From the NCBI GenBank assembly GCA_951406725.2, contig OX597819.1, forward strand, positions 75,330,001 through 75,394,000: 64,000 nt of DNA, written 5' to 3'. The notes beneath the pieces are model-generated. The model worked only from the letters and a program-made list of their open reading frames with translations, was not told the origin of the DNA and ran no database searches. Origin of the DNA: Octopus vulgaris. Lineage: Eukaryota. The translations under genes were made by a program, and so were the position numbers. Positions 38,222-51,500 of this stretch are shown here, piece by piece; the first letter of the stretch is position 1; every line of letters starts with the position of its first letter.

Positions 38222-38305
38222 AATGGAGAAATGGAAAAGTGGGCTGAACGCATGAGCAATGAATTTGATGAAATTGAGAACTTTGAGCTAAGTATTGAGG
38301 AATAA
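38222..38305 (+). CDS. CDCA5: Sororin-like protein, last exon with the sororin C-terminal domain NGEMEKWAERMSNEFDEIENFELSIEE*
   Basis: Acceptor ttattccag|AAT, phase 0. The W-A-x-x-M-x-x-E-F-x-x-x-E-x-F-x-L-x-x-E pattern at the extreme C-terminus, preceded by a basic patch, is the sororin/Dalmatian signature. Confidence 0.85.
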   Translation, partial: NGEMEKWAERMSNEFDEIENFELSIEE

Positions 38306-38619
38306 GCAAAGCCTTATATAGTATTGTAACTGGATTTTTAGTTTATACATATACATGCTTATACAAATGTACATTCATACATATGTATATATAAGGCAAA
38401 CATAAAATTCTGTTCCATTTTGCTGTTATGAAACTGTTCTCTAAGTTGATTATGTATGTTTGGAGTTTTTTTTTTTTTAATTTATTGTTGATTTCTGAAA
38501 AATCTTGTATAAAGTTTTGGTGGACAAAATTACAATTTTTTTTTCCTGTACCCTCCAAATTACTTTTCAAAACTTTCTTTTGCTTTGAATCAAAACAGCA
38601 GAAGAAAAAACACACACAC

Positions 38620-38625
38620 AATAAA
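38620..38625 (+). terminator. Candidate polyadenylation signal AATAAA for the sororin-like gene
   Basis: AATAAA about 315 nt after the stop codon; AT-rich context makes a chance match likely. Confidence 0.3.
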
Positions 38626-39944
38626 AACAAGGGAAATATAAAAAGATATGCAGTTATGTGTAATAGTAACTGTGTGGTAATTAACAATTGAGCACGAGGA
38701 ACATCTCATTCATACCTGAACATAAAACATTTGTATTTTTGTGTGTATATATGTGTCTATACATACATTCATACAGACATAAAATATAGGTATGTGTGTA
38801 TTTACACACACACACACATATATGTATATAATTACTGAAATATAGATATAACATACACACACACTCATATATATAAATATGATAGAAAATAGATTTTCTC
38901 TGAGGAAAATATTCTTTCTAAAGTGAGATGTATTTTATCATTTGTTTGATGTTTTGTTAGCCATTGTATATACCTTACCAAATATTTTCCTTGTATCTCC
39001 ACAAATGATTCATAACTCACATTTAAAGATTTTGATCTATAGATTATTTATGTTCTTATTATAATCTCAAATTCATATTCGTATTATAATCTTCAGTTGA
39101 ATTGGTCGGGTACCAGAAAATGTATGGCAATATTTAGTGTATTCATTTTACATTCTGAGTTTAAATCTTGCCAAGATTGACTGCTGTTTCATTATATCAA
39201 AGTTGATAGCTTTCATTCAAATAGTGTGATTGATTATATTTCACCTTATCTCCCATAAAAATACATGGCTTCATGTTTGTGCAAAAAACCTTTTCATTTC
39301 CATAATTCTCATAACCCAAATATTTAAATCATCATTATTTAATGTCTATTATCCTTGCTGGCATGGGTTGGACTGTTTGACCAGGGCTGGAAGGCTGTAC
39401 CAAACTCTAGTCTGATTTGGCATGGTTTCTACTGCTGGATGCCCTTCCTAATGCCAACTGATATATTTCCTTATTTGGAAACAGTTGAGGGTTAGTGACA
39501 GGAAGGGCATCTGACCATAGATAATCTGCTTTAATGAATACTGTCTGATCCATGCAGACATAGAAAAGTGGACAGTGATGGTGGTGATAGTTGATTAAAA
39601 TCTGTGCTCCCGTAAAAGAAAAAAAAAAAATCTGCATATATATTTCTTCACCTGAAATAATATTTTTATTCATTTTGTAGTCTGTTCAAAGGATTTGAGT
39701 ATCTGGGTATATATATTTTTTTTGTTGTGAATTCAAAAGTAGTGTATAAAGATGCAAATATGCAATTACCCTTGCTACTCACAGAGCTAAACAAATTACC
39801 ACACACACACACACACTTATGATGTGCTTTAAATGCACATGTTAAACTCCTGTATTCTGATAATGTACACTTAACCAAATTAGATTGTATGTCTTGTTGG
39901 GCAAAAACCTCATAAAATAATTGGTGACTGTGTGGCATAGGCAC

Positions 39945-40258
39945 AGGCGTGGGTGTGTGGGAAGAAGCTTCCTTCCCTGCCACATGGTTTTAGATTCAGT
40001 ACTACTACTAACACCTTGGACAAGTATCTTCTACTATAGTCTCGGCCTTGTGAGTGGATTTGGTAGATGGAAACTGAAAGAAGCCTGCTGTATACATACA
40101 TATATATGAATATGTGTGTGCCTTTGTGTTTTCCCCAGCAACACTTGACAACTGGTGTTGGTGTGTTTATGTCCCCGTAACCAGGCTTTAAAAAAAATCC
40201 TGAGTACTGGGGTCTATTCATGCGCTAAAAATCGTTGTGACCCAGCATGTCCACAATC
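39945..40258 (+). mobile_element. Octopus tRNA-derived SINE, diverged
   Basis: Same head and tail as the other copies, with internal deletions. Confidence 0.75.
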
Positions 40259-40764
40259 TAATGTAAAAAAACAAAACTTGATATTTTGAACCTTTCGTTA
40301 TGTTTGCTTTATGTTCAAAGAATCATCTCAGACAGAATTATCAAAATTTAATAAATAAGACTAATAAGAGCAATAACATCCAGTTTAGGTCTAAATAAAT
40401 AGGCCAGGTTGATAATGACTAGATACATTCACTTTAGAGATATCAAATTGCAAATACAGAAAGCATGAAAAAAGTTCAAGATTATTTGAGTCGTAACTGA
40501 ATTGAGGTAGTTAGACTGTAAGGCACCATGTGTGACCTCAAACAGACAAGTATATGATAAATTCTTACTAAAATGATAACATGCTCATGCTGGCTGCACA
40601 TTAAAAGCACCCAGCACACACTGTAAAGTGGTTGGCATTAGGAAGGGCTACCAGCTATAAAAACCAAATCAAATTAGACAGGAGCCTGGTGCAGCTCTCC
40701 TGCTTATCAGCTCTAATCAAACTGTCCAACCCATGCCAGCATGGAAATAACACATGCATAAATA

Positions 40765-40806
<42 letters not shown>

Positions 40807-40825
40807 CATACTAGCTGAAAGCGAC

Positions 40826-43800
40826 TTAGTAGATCTCGGAAGCTACTGTTAGGTTTCCTATCATCTTTGGAGCCAACACTATCGACACGCGCATTGACAA
40901 TAGCGTCACTATGGATTTTGACGTCCCTAGAAATTTCTCCAGGTCTTGAAAGTAATCAGTCTGATGTGAATTGGATGCGTACACCGCCACCAACCGGATC
41001 TTTTTACCACAACTGAAAGTTAGATCTAAGACGACCAGCCTACCTTCTGGGTCAACAAAAAATAACTTTTTCTCTGAAAAAGTAGGACCAACACCCCACT
41101 CCTCCCCCCCGCCGACATGGAGAAATAAATTTCTCGTAGTCATCCTGGAGCGGGAGTAGATCTCTTGGCCCTTTCAACTGAGTTTCAGTAGCTACAACAA
41201 TATCTAAATCGTGTGACCTGATGTCGTTTAGGAAACGCCCCTGTTTCCAGTTTGACATCAGGCCACGCACATTTAAACACCCTACTTGAACGCCCATAAA
41301 TCACTTACTTTGTTTCTTCTGAGTCCAGGGAGAACCGCCTCCTCTTTGTCTGGGGCCCATGGAGTTGGCTGGATCAGGCCCTCGTACAGACGATTCGAAA
41401 CCTCCATCCGCAGAGGGCCCACGTCTTTCCTGAAATCATTTGCCAACACATTGTACGTCTTTTGGTTTATCTTATCAATTTTTATATTTCTTTCTTTCAG
41501 CTTTTCATCCACCTCTATCTCCTGCAGGTGCTGTGTTTCGATACGTCTTATTACCTCACCATCCACCTTTCGAATCGCGACGAAGGCGTTATTGACAATG
41601 TTTTCGCTTTCCCCGGCTTTTTTTGCCTTCTTAATCTCGTTTTTTTTCCTTCATTTCTTCCTTTTTCTGAGGAGGGATTCTTGTGTTTTCTTTTTGTTGT
41701 TGTTGCTATCCATCCCTCCCCTTCTTTTTCCTCTGGTATTGGTGTTGATACTGGTTCTGCTGCTACTGCAGAGGCTGAAGGTTCGACTGTTCTCCCCTCC
41801 TCTGCCGGCTTGCAATTTTTCCTAAGCTGTCCCTTTTTGCCGCATAGGAAGCACCTAGGTAGATGGTTGTCACCAATTTCTATTATTTCCGTAATTTCCT
41901 CTAATGTGGCTGGTTCAGCCTGTAATATAATCATTACTTTTTGGCCGGCCCAGTTTTTTGCCTCCTTCACAACTGCATCGATAATATTGAGTTTTGCCTC
42001 GAGGCCCAAAATCACAGCCGCCACCAGCTTCTCAGGCTCAACCTCTGGCGGCACTTTTGTTATTGTAATTTTTGAGGTCCTTCTGCACATATATATGGGC
42101 AGGAGCAGTACCTCGTCCGTCTTTAACCCTTTCGTTACTATATTTCTGACCAAAATACACCCCTCATGAGTTTCAATTAAATTCTAAAATAATCATGAAT
42201 CTAGGCTTGTTTCATTAAATAACTGTAACTTTGTTACTTATCAACATTTTAATGTGATATTTGGAACATAATTAAAGAAAGGGTTCTTAATCAATTCTAT
42301 TGCATAACTTTTGTCTCAAAGTGACTTTAATTACAGGTAAATCCAGGTAAATTGAGCAAAAGGTAAAAATATTAAAATTTTAAATTGAGCAAAAGGTAAA
42401 AAATTAAAATTTTGTTTAAACATCACTATAGAAAATGAATCATCAGCTAATATTCAAATGGGTATGCAACAAAATTTTGATAAAGAAGAATTGTGCACAT
42501 CACTATATCATCAGTTGAATTTAATGCACAACAGGTGTACCATAAAGGTGGAATAAACTGAAATATTGGAATCCACCATAAGTTTGACCGAACTAAAGAA
42601 ATCGGTCAAAAAATAATATACGGCCCTGGTTATGGTATGGAAGTGATAAATTCCAGACCACATTGTTCCCTAGGCCATGCTGACTAACATTTTCCCTGTA
42701 TAAAAACTAAATCCACGCAGTACCCAGTAATTTGCTTCACAAATTTTCCGAAATTTGATCCCTGATTTTGTGTTTGTTTACGTTCTGCGTAAGTTTGTTT
42801 CCGCATTGATCGCTTCAAACAATAACTTCCAGACCACATCGTACCCTAAGCCATGCTGACTAACATTAGTTTACCTGTATAAAAACTAAATCCACAACAG
42901 TACCCAGTATTTGCTTCACAAATATTCCAAACTTTGAACCCCGATTTTGTGTTTTGTTTACATTCTGCGTAAGCTTGTTTCCGAAGTGATCGCTTCAAAC
43001 TAGCATACTGAAAAAAATAAAAGTCTAATGATTTCACTTCCTAAGAAAGGCTATAGATAAACTTTATCTCCTCAGAAAAATTGCTAATAAAAACATTTAA
43101 AAAGTTTTTTTACTTCATTCTGATGTAAAATCGTCTTCGCTGTCGCCTTCGCCGCTTTGTTTCTTCGGAAGGCGCTGCTTTCATTTTCGGATAAAAAAAT
43201 ATTCATTATTTTGTACACCACGTGCTTTAGTACCTATTTCATTCTTTTTCTCAATATCTCCCTATTTTCCGTTAAAAAAGCTTTAAATTCGGAATCAATG
43301 CTTGATAACATGAAACTCCTATCCATTTTCAAAGTTGAAGAAAAATCGATGCCAAAAAACATGTGGAAAAAAATCTCTCAAAATTCACTGAGTTGAGATA
43401 TCACTTCAAGCAATGTCGGATACTATAACTTAACTATTTACAATGTGAAATCACATGTTTTAACAAATGTACTAATGAGATTTGGGTTCAAATTTACATT
43501 TAAATAACAATAGGTTCTCATGGCCGGCTTGGTATTATGAACCAAAAAAATTTTACGGCTGGCTACGGCCGGGTTAGTAACGAAAGGGTTAATGGTTCCA
43601 CCAAATGGAACCTCGCTTCCTCCTCCATGCCAAACCTCACCTCAACCGTGGCAAACCTTTTACCTCTCACTATGAATTTTACTTTATCCCATATGGGATG
43701 TAGACATTTTTCTATCTGATCCTCTTTTGTGAACTCAGTCCTTTTTTCCTTAATGTTGTACGTTTTGAAAATTACGATTTTTCTTTCAATGCTCTCTTGA

Positions 43801-43865
43801 AACTCCTTGGATTGCTCCACCTTGGTTTCGAATCCAACTCTTGTTATGTTTTGCTTCAACTCGTC
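40826..43865 (-). mobile_element. L1/Tx1-like LINE 5' portion (ORF1 with zinc knuckle, start of ORF2 endonuclease), 3'-truncated
   Basis: CFLCGKKGQLRKNC knuckle; VGCLNVRGL...VATETQL...DPEGRLVVLD...LVAVYA. ORF1 is split by the piggyBac insert. Confidence 0.8.
42127..43588 (-). mobile_element. Non-autonomous piggyBac element, copy 2
   Basis: Perfect TTAA|CCCTTTCGTTACTA ... TAGTAACGAAAGGG|TTAA ends; remnant KSGFKVWNICEANTGYCCGFSFYTGK. Confidence 0.92.
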
Positions 43866-43885
43866 TAGATTTTCTGGTTAATATA

Positions 43886-44380
43886 AGGCGTTACGCCTAT
43901 CAGAAAATCAAAAAAAAAAATGTGTGTAATAGGTGTAAAACAACTTCCTATGAACGAATATGAAAAAAAAAAAATGCCTGCACGCGAAAGGGGGTTGGGG
44001 GAGAGGCCTTGGGAAGTTCCGAAAGCGTCTGAGGGGCTGACCCGGGCACCAAAACAAAAAAAAAAAATTGTGTAATATGTGTAAAACAACTTGCTCTAAA
44101 CGAATATGACAAAAAAAATGCGCTCTTGCGAAAGAGGGGTGGGGGAGAGGCCTCGGAAAATTTATATTGGGAATTTCCGAAAGCGTCTGAACCGGGAACA
44201 AAAACAGCGTAATAGGTGTAAAACAACTTGCTCTAAACGAATATGACAAAAAAAATGCGCGCTCGCGAAAGTGGGGTGGGGGAGAGGCTTCGGAAATTTC
44301 CCATCTTCAGTCCACAGCCTTTAAACTAAGAAAAAATAGTGTAATTGGTGTAAAACTACTTGTTCTAAACGAGTATCAAG
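43886..44380. repeat. Four ~130-146-bp tandem units, probably subterminal repeats of the Merlin element
   Basis: gtaat.ggtgtaaaac.actt...aaacga.tat at 43926, 44072, 44209 and 44341; three units have GGGG-T-GGGGGAGAGGC runs. Confidence 0.8.
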
Positions 44381-44544
44381 AACACACACTCACACATGAA
44401 TCATAAACTCCGTATTTTTGTACATATTTCGCAAAAAAAAAAAATAAAGAGAAGAAATTCTGGAAAAAGTGAAGAAATGTTGGATCTCCGCCATGTGAAT
44501 CAAAATACGTGTCAGAAACATCTTGAAATACTACAGAAATTATG

Positions 44545-44875
44545 TTACGAAAATGATAATGTATACATACCTCTTTGAGTGGTCCATCGACAGTGTTGAT
44601 AAAGAAATGAGATGGGTTGTGTTTGGAGGAAAAAATTATCGCGGGCCAGGATAAAGACTTGCTGCTGCCAATAAGAATACGTGTATTCTCTTGGCAGCAG
44701 GTTTAATGCTGTCCAAAAAAAAGGAACTTCGCGAGGTATTGTTTTAAGTAACAGGCACGAATGCTTGGGCGAACAACCGATCTCTTCACTGACCCCCACA
44801 ATCTCTCTATCGTCTGTGTGTGCACCGACGCGTTTGTCGGATCCACAAAGTTTGCGCTGTGGTTGATGCGGAAGT
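44545..44875 (-). pseudogene. Merlin (ISXO2/IS1595-like) transposase, C-terminal part
   Basis: FRINHSANFVDPT...VHTQTIERLWGSVKR...YLKQYLAKFLF. Confidence 0.85.
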
Positions 44876-45113
44876 TGTCCCTAAGGACAGTCGTCCTCAA
44901 GGAAGGACAACTGTCCTTAGGGACAACTTGAATAGAACTTGGTACCAACAATCGTCTTGTAAACAACTGTTCTTAGACAAAAGACTGACCTTTCATTGAC
45001 CAGTGTTTACTCATCCATTCTTCTGGTGTGGAGGATTTCCCGCTCTTTGGTACAGAACAAGTTCATATTCATTTCAGTCGTAGATACACAAGCGTTAAGT
45101 TGTATGATAGAGA

Positions 45114-45891
45114 ATGGCACTTTGCAATTCATGTGAATTAACATTACAGGATGGGATTCGCAGATTTACTAATGACAGTGAGGCATTAGATTTCTTTCGA
45201 AAACATAATATCATTCCCAACACAGTTGACTGCCCTAGATGCAATTTACCATGTAGATTGCGCGAAAATACAAACATCTTCCGATGTGGAAGGACTGTTC
45301 GCCGTCGAAGGCAAAGGCCAACGCGATGTAGTATTCAATATCCCTATACAGCAACACATTTTTGGAGCGGAGTCAGCTACCACCCTGTAAAATCTTGTTA
45401 TTTGTGAATTACTTCCTCACAGACTGTTGGTCGCACGCATTAGTCGTGGAAAATTTGAACATTTCGTATCCGACCTCAATTGATTGGCGATCCTTCTGCT
45501 CCGAGGTTTATCAGCATTGGGTAGAGAATTACCAGGACCAAATCGGTGGACCAGGAGTTGAAGTGGAGATCGATGAAACAGTTATTGTAAGGAGGAAATA
45601 CAATCAAGGAAGACTCACAAAAACTATCTGGTGGGATCGAGTGAGTAGCCAAAAAGAAATTTTTGATACCTCTTTCATCTGAGTGTGGTGAAGAGGAAAG
45701 GCGAGATGCCGCCACACTGATCCCCTTAATTACCCGATATATACGCCAAGGGTCGGTAGTATATAGCGATTCTTGGGCTGCATATAACTCTCTTGGAAAT
45801 CTCGGGTATACCCACTTCCGCATCAACCACAGCGAAAACTTTGTGGATCCGACAAACACGTCGGTGCACACACAGACGATAGAGAGATTGT
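45114..45891 (+). pseudogene. Merlin (ISXO2/IS1595-like) DDE transposase, N-terminal and core part, frameshifted
   Basis: Zn ribbon CPRC; IGGPGVEVEIDET...RRKYNQGR; RDAATLIPLI...GSVVYSDSWAAY; NHSENFVDP...HTQTIE. Confidence 0.9.
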
Positions 45892-48557
45892 ATTTGGTTT
45901 CCGCGGGTTTTAACTGCTTAGAAAAGAAGGACAACAGTTGCCATATACCGTCAACAAGCTGCTGTAGTACACCTCCAACTCCAGAATCGGATGCATCAAC
46001 GAGTAAACACCGTGGGGCGTCTGGTTTTGGATAAACCAACATGGTAGCGTTGGATAAACGCTTTTTTCAGAGCAGCGAAAGAGGCGAGTTGATCTTCGGT
46101 CAGTGCAATTTCCGTATTTTTGCAAGTTCGCTGACGTAGCAAAGCCGTGAGCGGTTGCGCTATCTCAGCGAAGTGGGGTACGAACCGTCGATAGAAATTC
46201 ACTAGACCGAGATATTCCCTTAATTTGCGGAGAGATGTGGGTGGTGGAAAATCCATGAAGGCCTTGACTTTCTCGGGAAGGGGACGAATTCCATCCTTAT
46301 CAACGATGTGTCCGAGAAAATGAAGGGAAGCAACTCCGAACGAACATTTACTGGGGTTGATAACAACACCGTATTTGCGGAGGCGTTCGAATAGCAGGTG
46401 AAGGTGTTGGTTATGTTCCTCGTCTGAGTTACTGGCCATGAGCATGTTGTCTATGTAGGCATAGACGAAAGGCAAACCTCTAGTCACCATGTCGATAAAC
46501 ATTTGGAATGTCTGTGCCGCGTTGCGTAAACCGAAAGGCATATGCAGGAATTCAAACATTCCGAAGGGTGTAGTAACTGCTGTCTTCGAGATGTCCACAG
46601 GTTCCACTGGGATTTGGTTGTATGCTTGCACAAGGTCGATTTTGGAAAAGATGCGAGCTCGAAAAGTCTTGAAGAAAGGGCACCGGATAGGCATCACTGA
46701 TAGTACTTTTATTCAGCGATCGATAATCGCCGCAAACCTGCCAATCGGTCGATGATTTTTTGGGAACGTAGTGTCTCGGCGAGGACCAGTTGCTGCTGGA
46801 AGGGCGGATGATTCCAAGGTCGAGCATGTGCTGGAATTCCCGCTTGACGGCCTTAAGGCGATCAGGTGGTGGCCTTCTGGGTCTTGCAGCAACAGGTGGA
46901 CAGCTGGTTTTGATGTGGTGGGTAACGTCATGCTTGATCGGCTGGTTGTAGAATACTGGTCGAGCGACGTCTGGATATTCATTCAGGATGGAACTGTGAC
47001 GAGTCGTTGTTTGTAAGCATTACAGTTGGGCTGACTGTGTCCATTCGAGCGGCTATACCGCGCACAGTAAGCTTGGTGGTGGTGGTGTCGACAAGTCGTC
47101 TGTTCTTTATGTCTACCAGGAGACCGAAATGATGCAAGAAATTGGCTCCTAAGATAGGGGTCGGCAGTTTAGCGACGACGAATACCCACTGAAATGTGTG
47201 GCGTAGTCCTAAGTTCAATGTTAGGGACTGTTCACCGTAGGTTGGAATGGGTGAATGGTTGACTGCCTGAAGACAGACTGATGTCTCTTTTCTTTTTCTA
47301 GAAGTGTTGGAGACTGGGATGATGCTGACTTCCGCACCGGTGTCAACCAGGAAACGCGTGCCTGTTACTCGATCGCAAACGTAAAACAGGCAACTGTGTG
47401 CGTGCGAGCCAGGAACTTCCGTCGCGTTCAATTCCTGGCTGTGCCGTTTCCCGAACTGGGTGAGGAAAACGAGCACGGTACCGTACATTTTTGTGCCCGT
47501 GTTCCGAATGTTCGGTGGTACCAACACGTGTCATGTGAGTTGCAGGTAACACTGGGGCTTCGGGACCGTCTGCCATCTCGTCACGATTGGCTGGTGCTTC
47601 GACGCTGGGGACTAAGCTTTAGGGCCTGCATTTGGGCTGTGAGGATCTGTATTTGAGCAGCTTGCTGCATCATTAATGCACGCAAGTCCGAAATCTCGGA
47701 AGAACTGGTTTATGCATGGAAAGGATTGGTACTGGGAGCGGCTGGCGTCACCGTCGATACCGTTGGATATTTGTGCAGTACTTCGGCTATTTTGTCAGCT
47801 AGCTCCGCCAGTTCTTCAATGGGTGTATTTTCTCTGGTAGAAGCGAGAACAACCTGGGTATTGGAGGGCAGACGCTGGAGAAAAAGCTGCTTTAATATTT
47901 TTTCTGGGAGGCTTTCATCTCCGAGAAGCTGTTTCATTCTACGAAGAAGCTGGGACGGCGTTTTGTCACACAATTCTTCCGATATCAGAAGCTGTTGCGA
48001 TTCGGAGGTTCTGTTTATCAGCGTGATTTTAAAAACTTCGTACGAAACAGAACCGGGTGGTGCCATGATAAGATCACGGATAACGTTTGTTATTTCTGGC
48101 GACAGAGAACCGATAACATGCGAAAGTCGAGACGCATCGCTCAGTATTCTGTGAGAGGTAAACTGTGCCTCTATATGGTAAAACTATAATGCAGGGTCGT
48201 GGGTCCAGAATGGTGGAATTTTCAAAGAAATCGCCGCTTGGAATGCCATGTCGATCGGAGGTATGATGTTGGCCGCTGGATTCTGTTCCGGGAGGTCCAT
48301 TGTTTTCGTCGGAATTTTCAGGTGCTTCGTTGCCGGGTGATGTGCAAACTGGTTCCGGGGAAGGCGCAATTCGTTTTACGGGGTCACCAAATGTAGTGGA
48401 TGTGTGTGTGTATTAATAAATATTTAAGTTGTTTCGTAATTAAATAGGGATGTCCTGTGTCGGTGGTGATTGTTGTGGGTGTGCCAAAACGCGAGACCTA
48501 TTGTGATATCAGCGTTTTGGCGACCATTTTTGCCGAGGTGATCAATCAATTATTGAC
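45890..48557 (-). mobile_element. Ty3/Gypsy LTR retrotransposon, 5' part (LTR remnant, PBS, gag, protease, RT, start of RNase H)
   Basis: KIPPFW, LFLQRLP (gag); FLVDTGAEVS; [31 protein letters not shown] end ...CTACA at 48392 is followed by TT-TGGTGACCCC. Confidence 0.93.
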
Positions 48558-51500
48558 AGATGTCTTGCAAACAACTTGCACATGCAAGTGCTACCAGTTA
48601 AAAGCTCTGTAAACCGGAAGCTAGCAAGTTTATGGGGTCATCAGGAGAGAATGCGCGCCGTTTCGGGGCCTACCTCTCGACGGCATTAATGCGCACCGGC
48701 CCCCCCTCACTGATATGAGGCCCCGCTTGCTAGATCAGTTGGTTATGAAGAATTCAATATACTTCTAGCCATCGCTCATCGTTTCTTTTTAAGCAAATTT
48801 AGTGGCTAGCCTTCTCCACTGTAGATTGGATATCAGTCATGGTGGTATTGACTTTACGATGAGTTAGACCTTGTGATAACAACAGTCGTCTCACGCTGTG
48901 TCCAACAAACCCTCTACATCCGACTTCAATAGGAAAATGTTCCGCTTTCCAGCCTGCGTCTTCACATTCCTCGAGGAGGTTTTCATAACGGTTCAGTTTT
49001 CGAGCCCGAGCGGCGTCCATATTATCTTCATGAGGAACCGTTAGCTCGACTATATTTACAACTTTCTTTCTTTCACACCACATCAAAATATCTGTTTTTT
49101 CGAAACTGGGATGGGAAAGAAAACCTGGCACCCAGGTAAATCTGCAGTTACCTCCCAATAGCCGTTCTACTTTTCATTTTTCTCAGGAAGTTTCTTGATC
49201 TTCTTCTTGAAACGGATCCGCTGACCTGGTCGCACGAAGGTAATGAAATTTCTTGATGGTACTTTCAACGATTTTTCAGTGTAGTTGAGATGAATTTGGT
49301 TCTTTATAGCATTGAAGATAACCTTAAGGACCAAGTTGTGTCTATGTGTACGTGTTCAATGCTAATGAACAGTTGGAAAGAATATGTTTTAGTGTACCGA
49401 CCTTTCCACATTTGCAGATGTCATTCTCTAAGACGTTCCATCTTACTAGATTCGTAGGTGATGGCAAAACATCATAAGATGAACGAATCAGGAAACTCAG
49501 CCGAGATGTCGTCCACTTCCACATCTCATCCCAACTTATCTTCCTCTCAACAACATGTTCTTCCCATCTCGTCATCTGACCTTGATGAACACATCGGATC
49601 AAATGAAGCTCTCTTCTCTCTGCTTCTCTTGTTTTGACGCTGTTGCTAACAACAGATCTGCGTTCACTCGGCATCGTGCTTGCAAACGGTCTGAACTGAT
49701 CTGCGCCAAAGCCAAGTCCTTTCCGATGGTTCTGTGTCGCTCCCACCATATCTCTGTGTATAAGAGAAGACAAGATGTCGTCAGTTTCTGCTTCTGCTTT
49801 CCATTTCCTGGCTGTTTTCACCTCTGGTGGGTTACGCCTGATTTCCATATCCTTCGATTCTCTCAGCATCATGACCGTCCGTATCTTCCCCAGCTTATAT
49901 ATTTCGACTATTGATGCTATTGGTAGCTGCAACGAACCTCTTTTACGATAAAGAGCTGAGCTGTTCAACTTACGAGGTAGGCCTAGCCACTTTCTAATGA
50001 ACACATTACATTTTTGTTCAATCCTTTCAACTCGTGACAATGCTACTTCGTATATTAAAAGTGGCCACGCAAGTCGCGGGTACAAGCCGAACTGCAAGCA
50101 CCAAATTTTATATTTACCTGGTAACTTCGAATTATCAATCGCTGATAACCCAGCCTCGGCCTGTTTCATAATTTCAATCCCACGACTTCTGTCTGACAAT
50201 GTTCCAGCGTATACTCGACCCAAGCTCTTGACGGGCTCTTCCTTGACTGTTGGAATGCTTTCTTCAGATATTCGAAACTTAAATTCTTTCTGCACTCCCT
50301 TAACAAATGTCAGACTACGCGACTTTTTTGCTCTAAATCGCATCCTTGACCACCTCACAAATTCATCTAATCTCAAGAGGGCATTCTGCATGATTTGTTT
50401 ATCTGTAGCTAGAAGTGTAACGTCATCCATGAAGGCTTTCTTAGGCGATTTGTTCCGAAAAATCTACATCTTTCAAAATCATCTCCATGACTAAGATAAA
50501 CCACGTGACAGATATTGTACAGCCAGCAGCAATGCCAATCTCCAATTGGTGCCAATCTGTTGTAAAATTTCCAGTTGTAAACCTCATTTCGAAACTGTCA
50601 TAGTACATCCTCATTATTTTGATCACTTTGTCAGGAATGTGGAAGTGGTCCATGGTTGTTATTAGTAATTTGTGTGGCACTGAACCATACGCGTTAGCTA
50701 GGTCGAGCCATACCACGTTTAGACTTTTCTTGTTCTGTTTGGCATCCTGGATCACTTTCCAAATCGAAAAACAGTGTTCAACGCATCCAGGGATCCCGAG
50801 GATTCCGGCCTTTTGAACAGATTCATCAACATATCCATTTTTCTGTAAATATGACACTGCTCTCCTCGACAGAATTCCCATAAAGATCTTGCCTTCCACA
50901 TTCAATAAGGATATCGGCCTAAATTGTTTTATGGTCTTTGCATTGGCCTCTTTCAGCAGGTATATACCTTCTGCCTTACACCAATCCTCTACTATAGTCT
51001 CCTCGCGCCACAGTTGTCGGAGTAGGATGAAGAGCTTCTTTCGCAGACGATTGCAGTACTTGTAGACTTTATATGAGACGCCATCACCTCCTGGGGCACT
51101 CTTTGCTCTAGCTTTTCTTACGAAGTCATTCACCTCTCTCTCCCTGATGTCCCCAATCTGGAATTCGATATCAGGTCCTGAGAGATGATTTAGCCCATGT
51201 AGAGGTGGCAGCGGCTGGTTATGGTGCGGATCGCTGTAGGTTTCCTTGATATGAGCATCCAATTCTTCTTTAGTGCACAATAAAGTACCACTCTTCGGTT
51301 CAGTGAACAGCTTCTTAGTAAACCTGTACAGGTCCTTCAGAAACTGCCCCTGAGTCCTTTTACTTTCTTTTCAACGCTCATATCGGCGGATATGTCGTTG
51401 CACATAATGACATTTCCTCTTCAAATCGTTATACAGCAGCGCAAGGCCAGGTTTCTCATCTAGTGCAGCACATCTCCATCGCTTTCTTAAGTCGGACTTT

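Noticed and set aside
43886-44380. CRISPR-like repeat-spacer array
   Set aside because: The inter-repeat sequences are homologous to one another, the context is eukaryotic and there are no cas genes.
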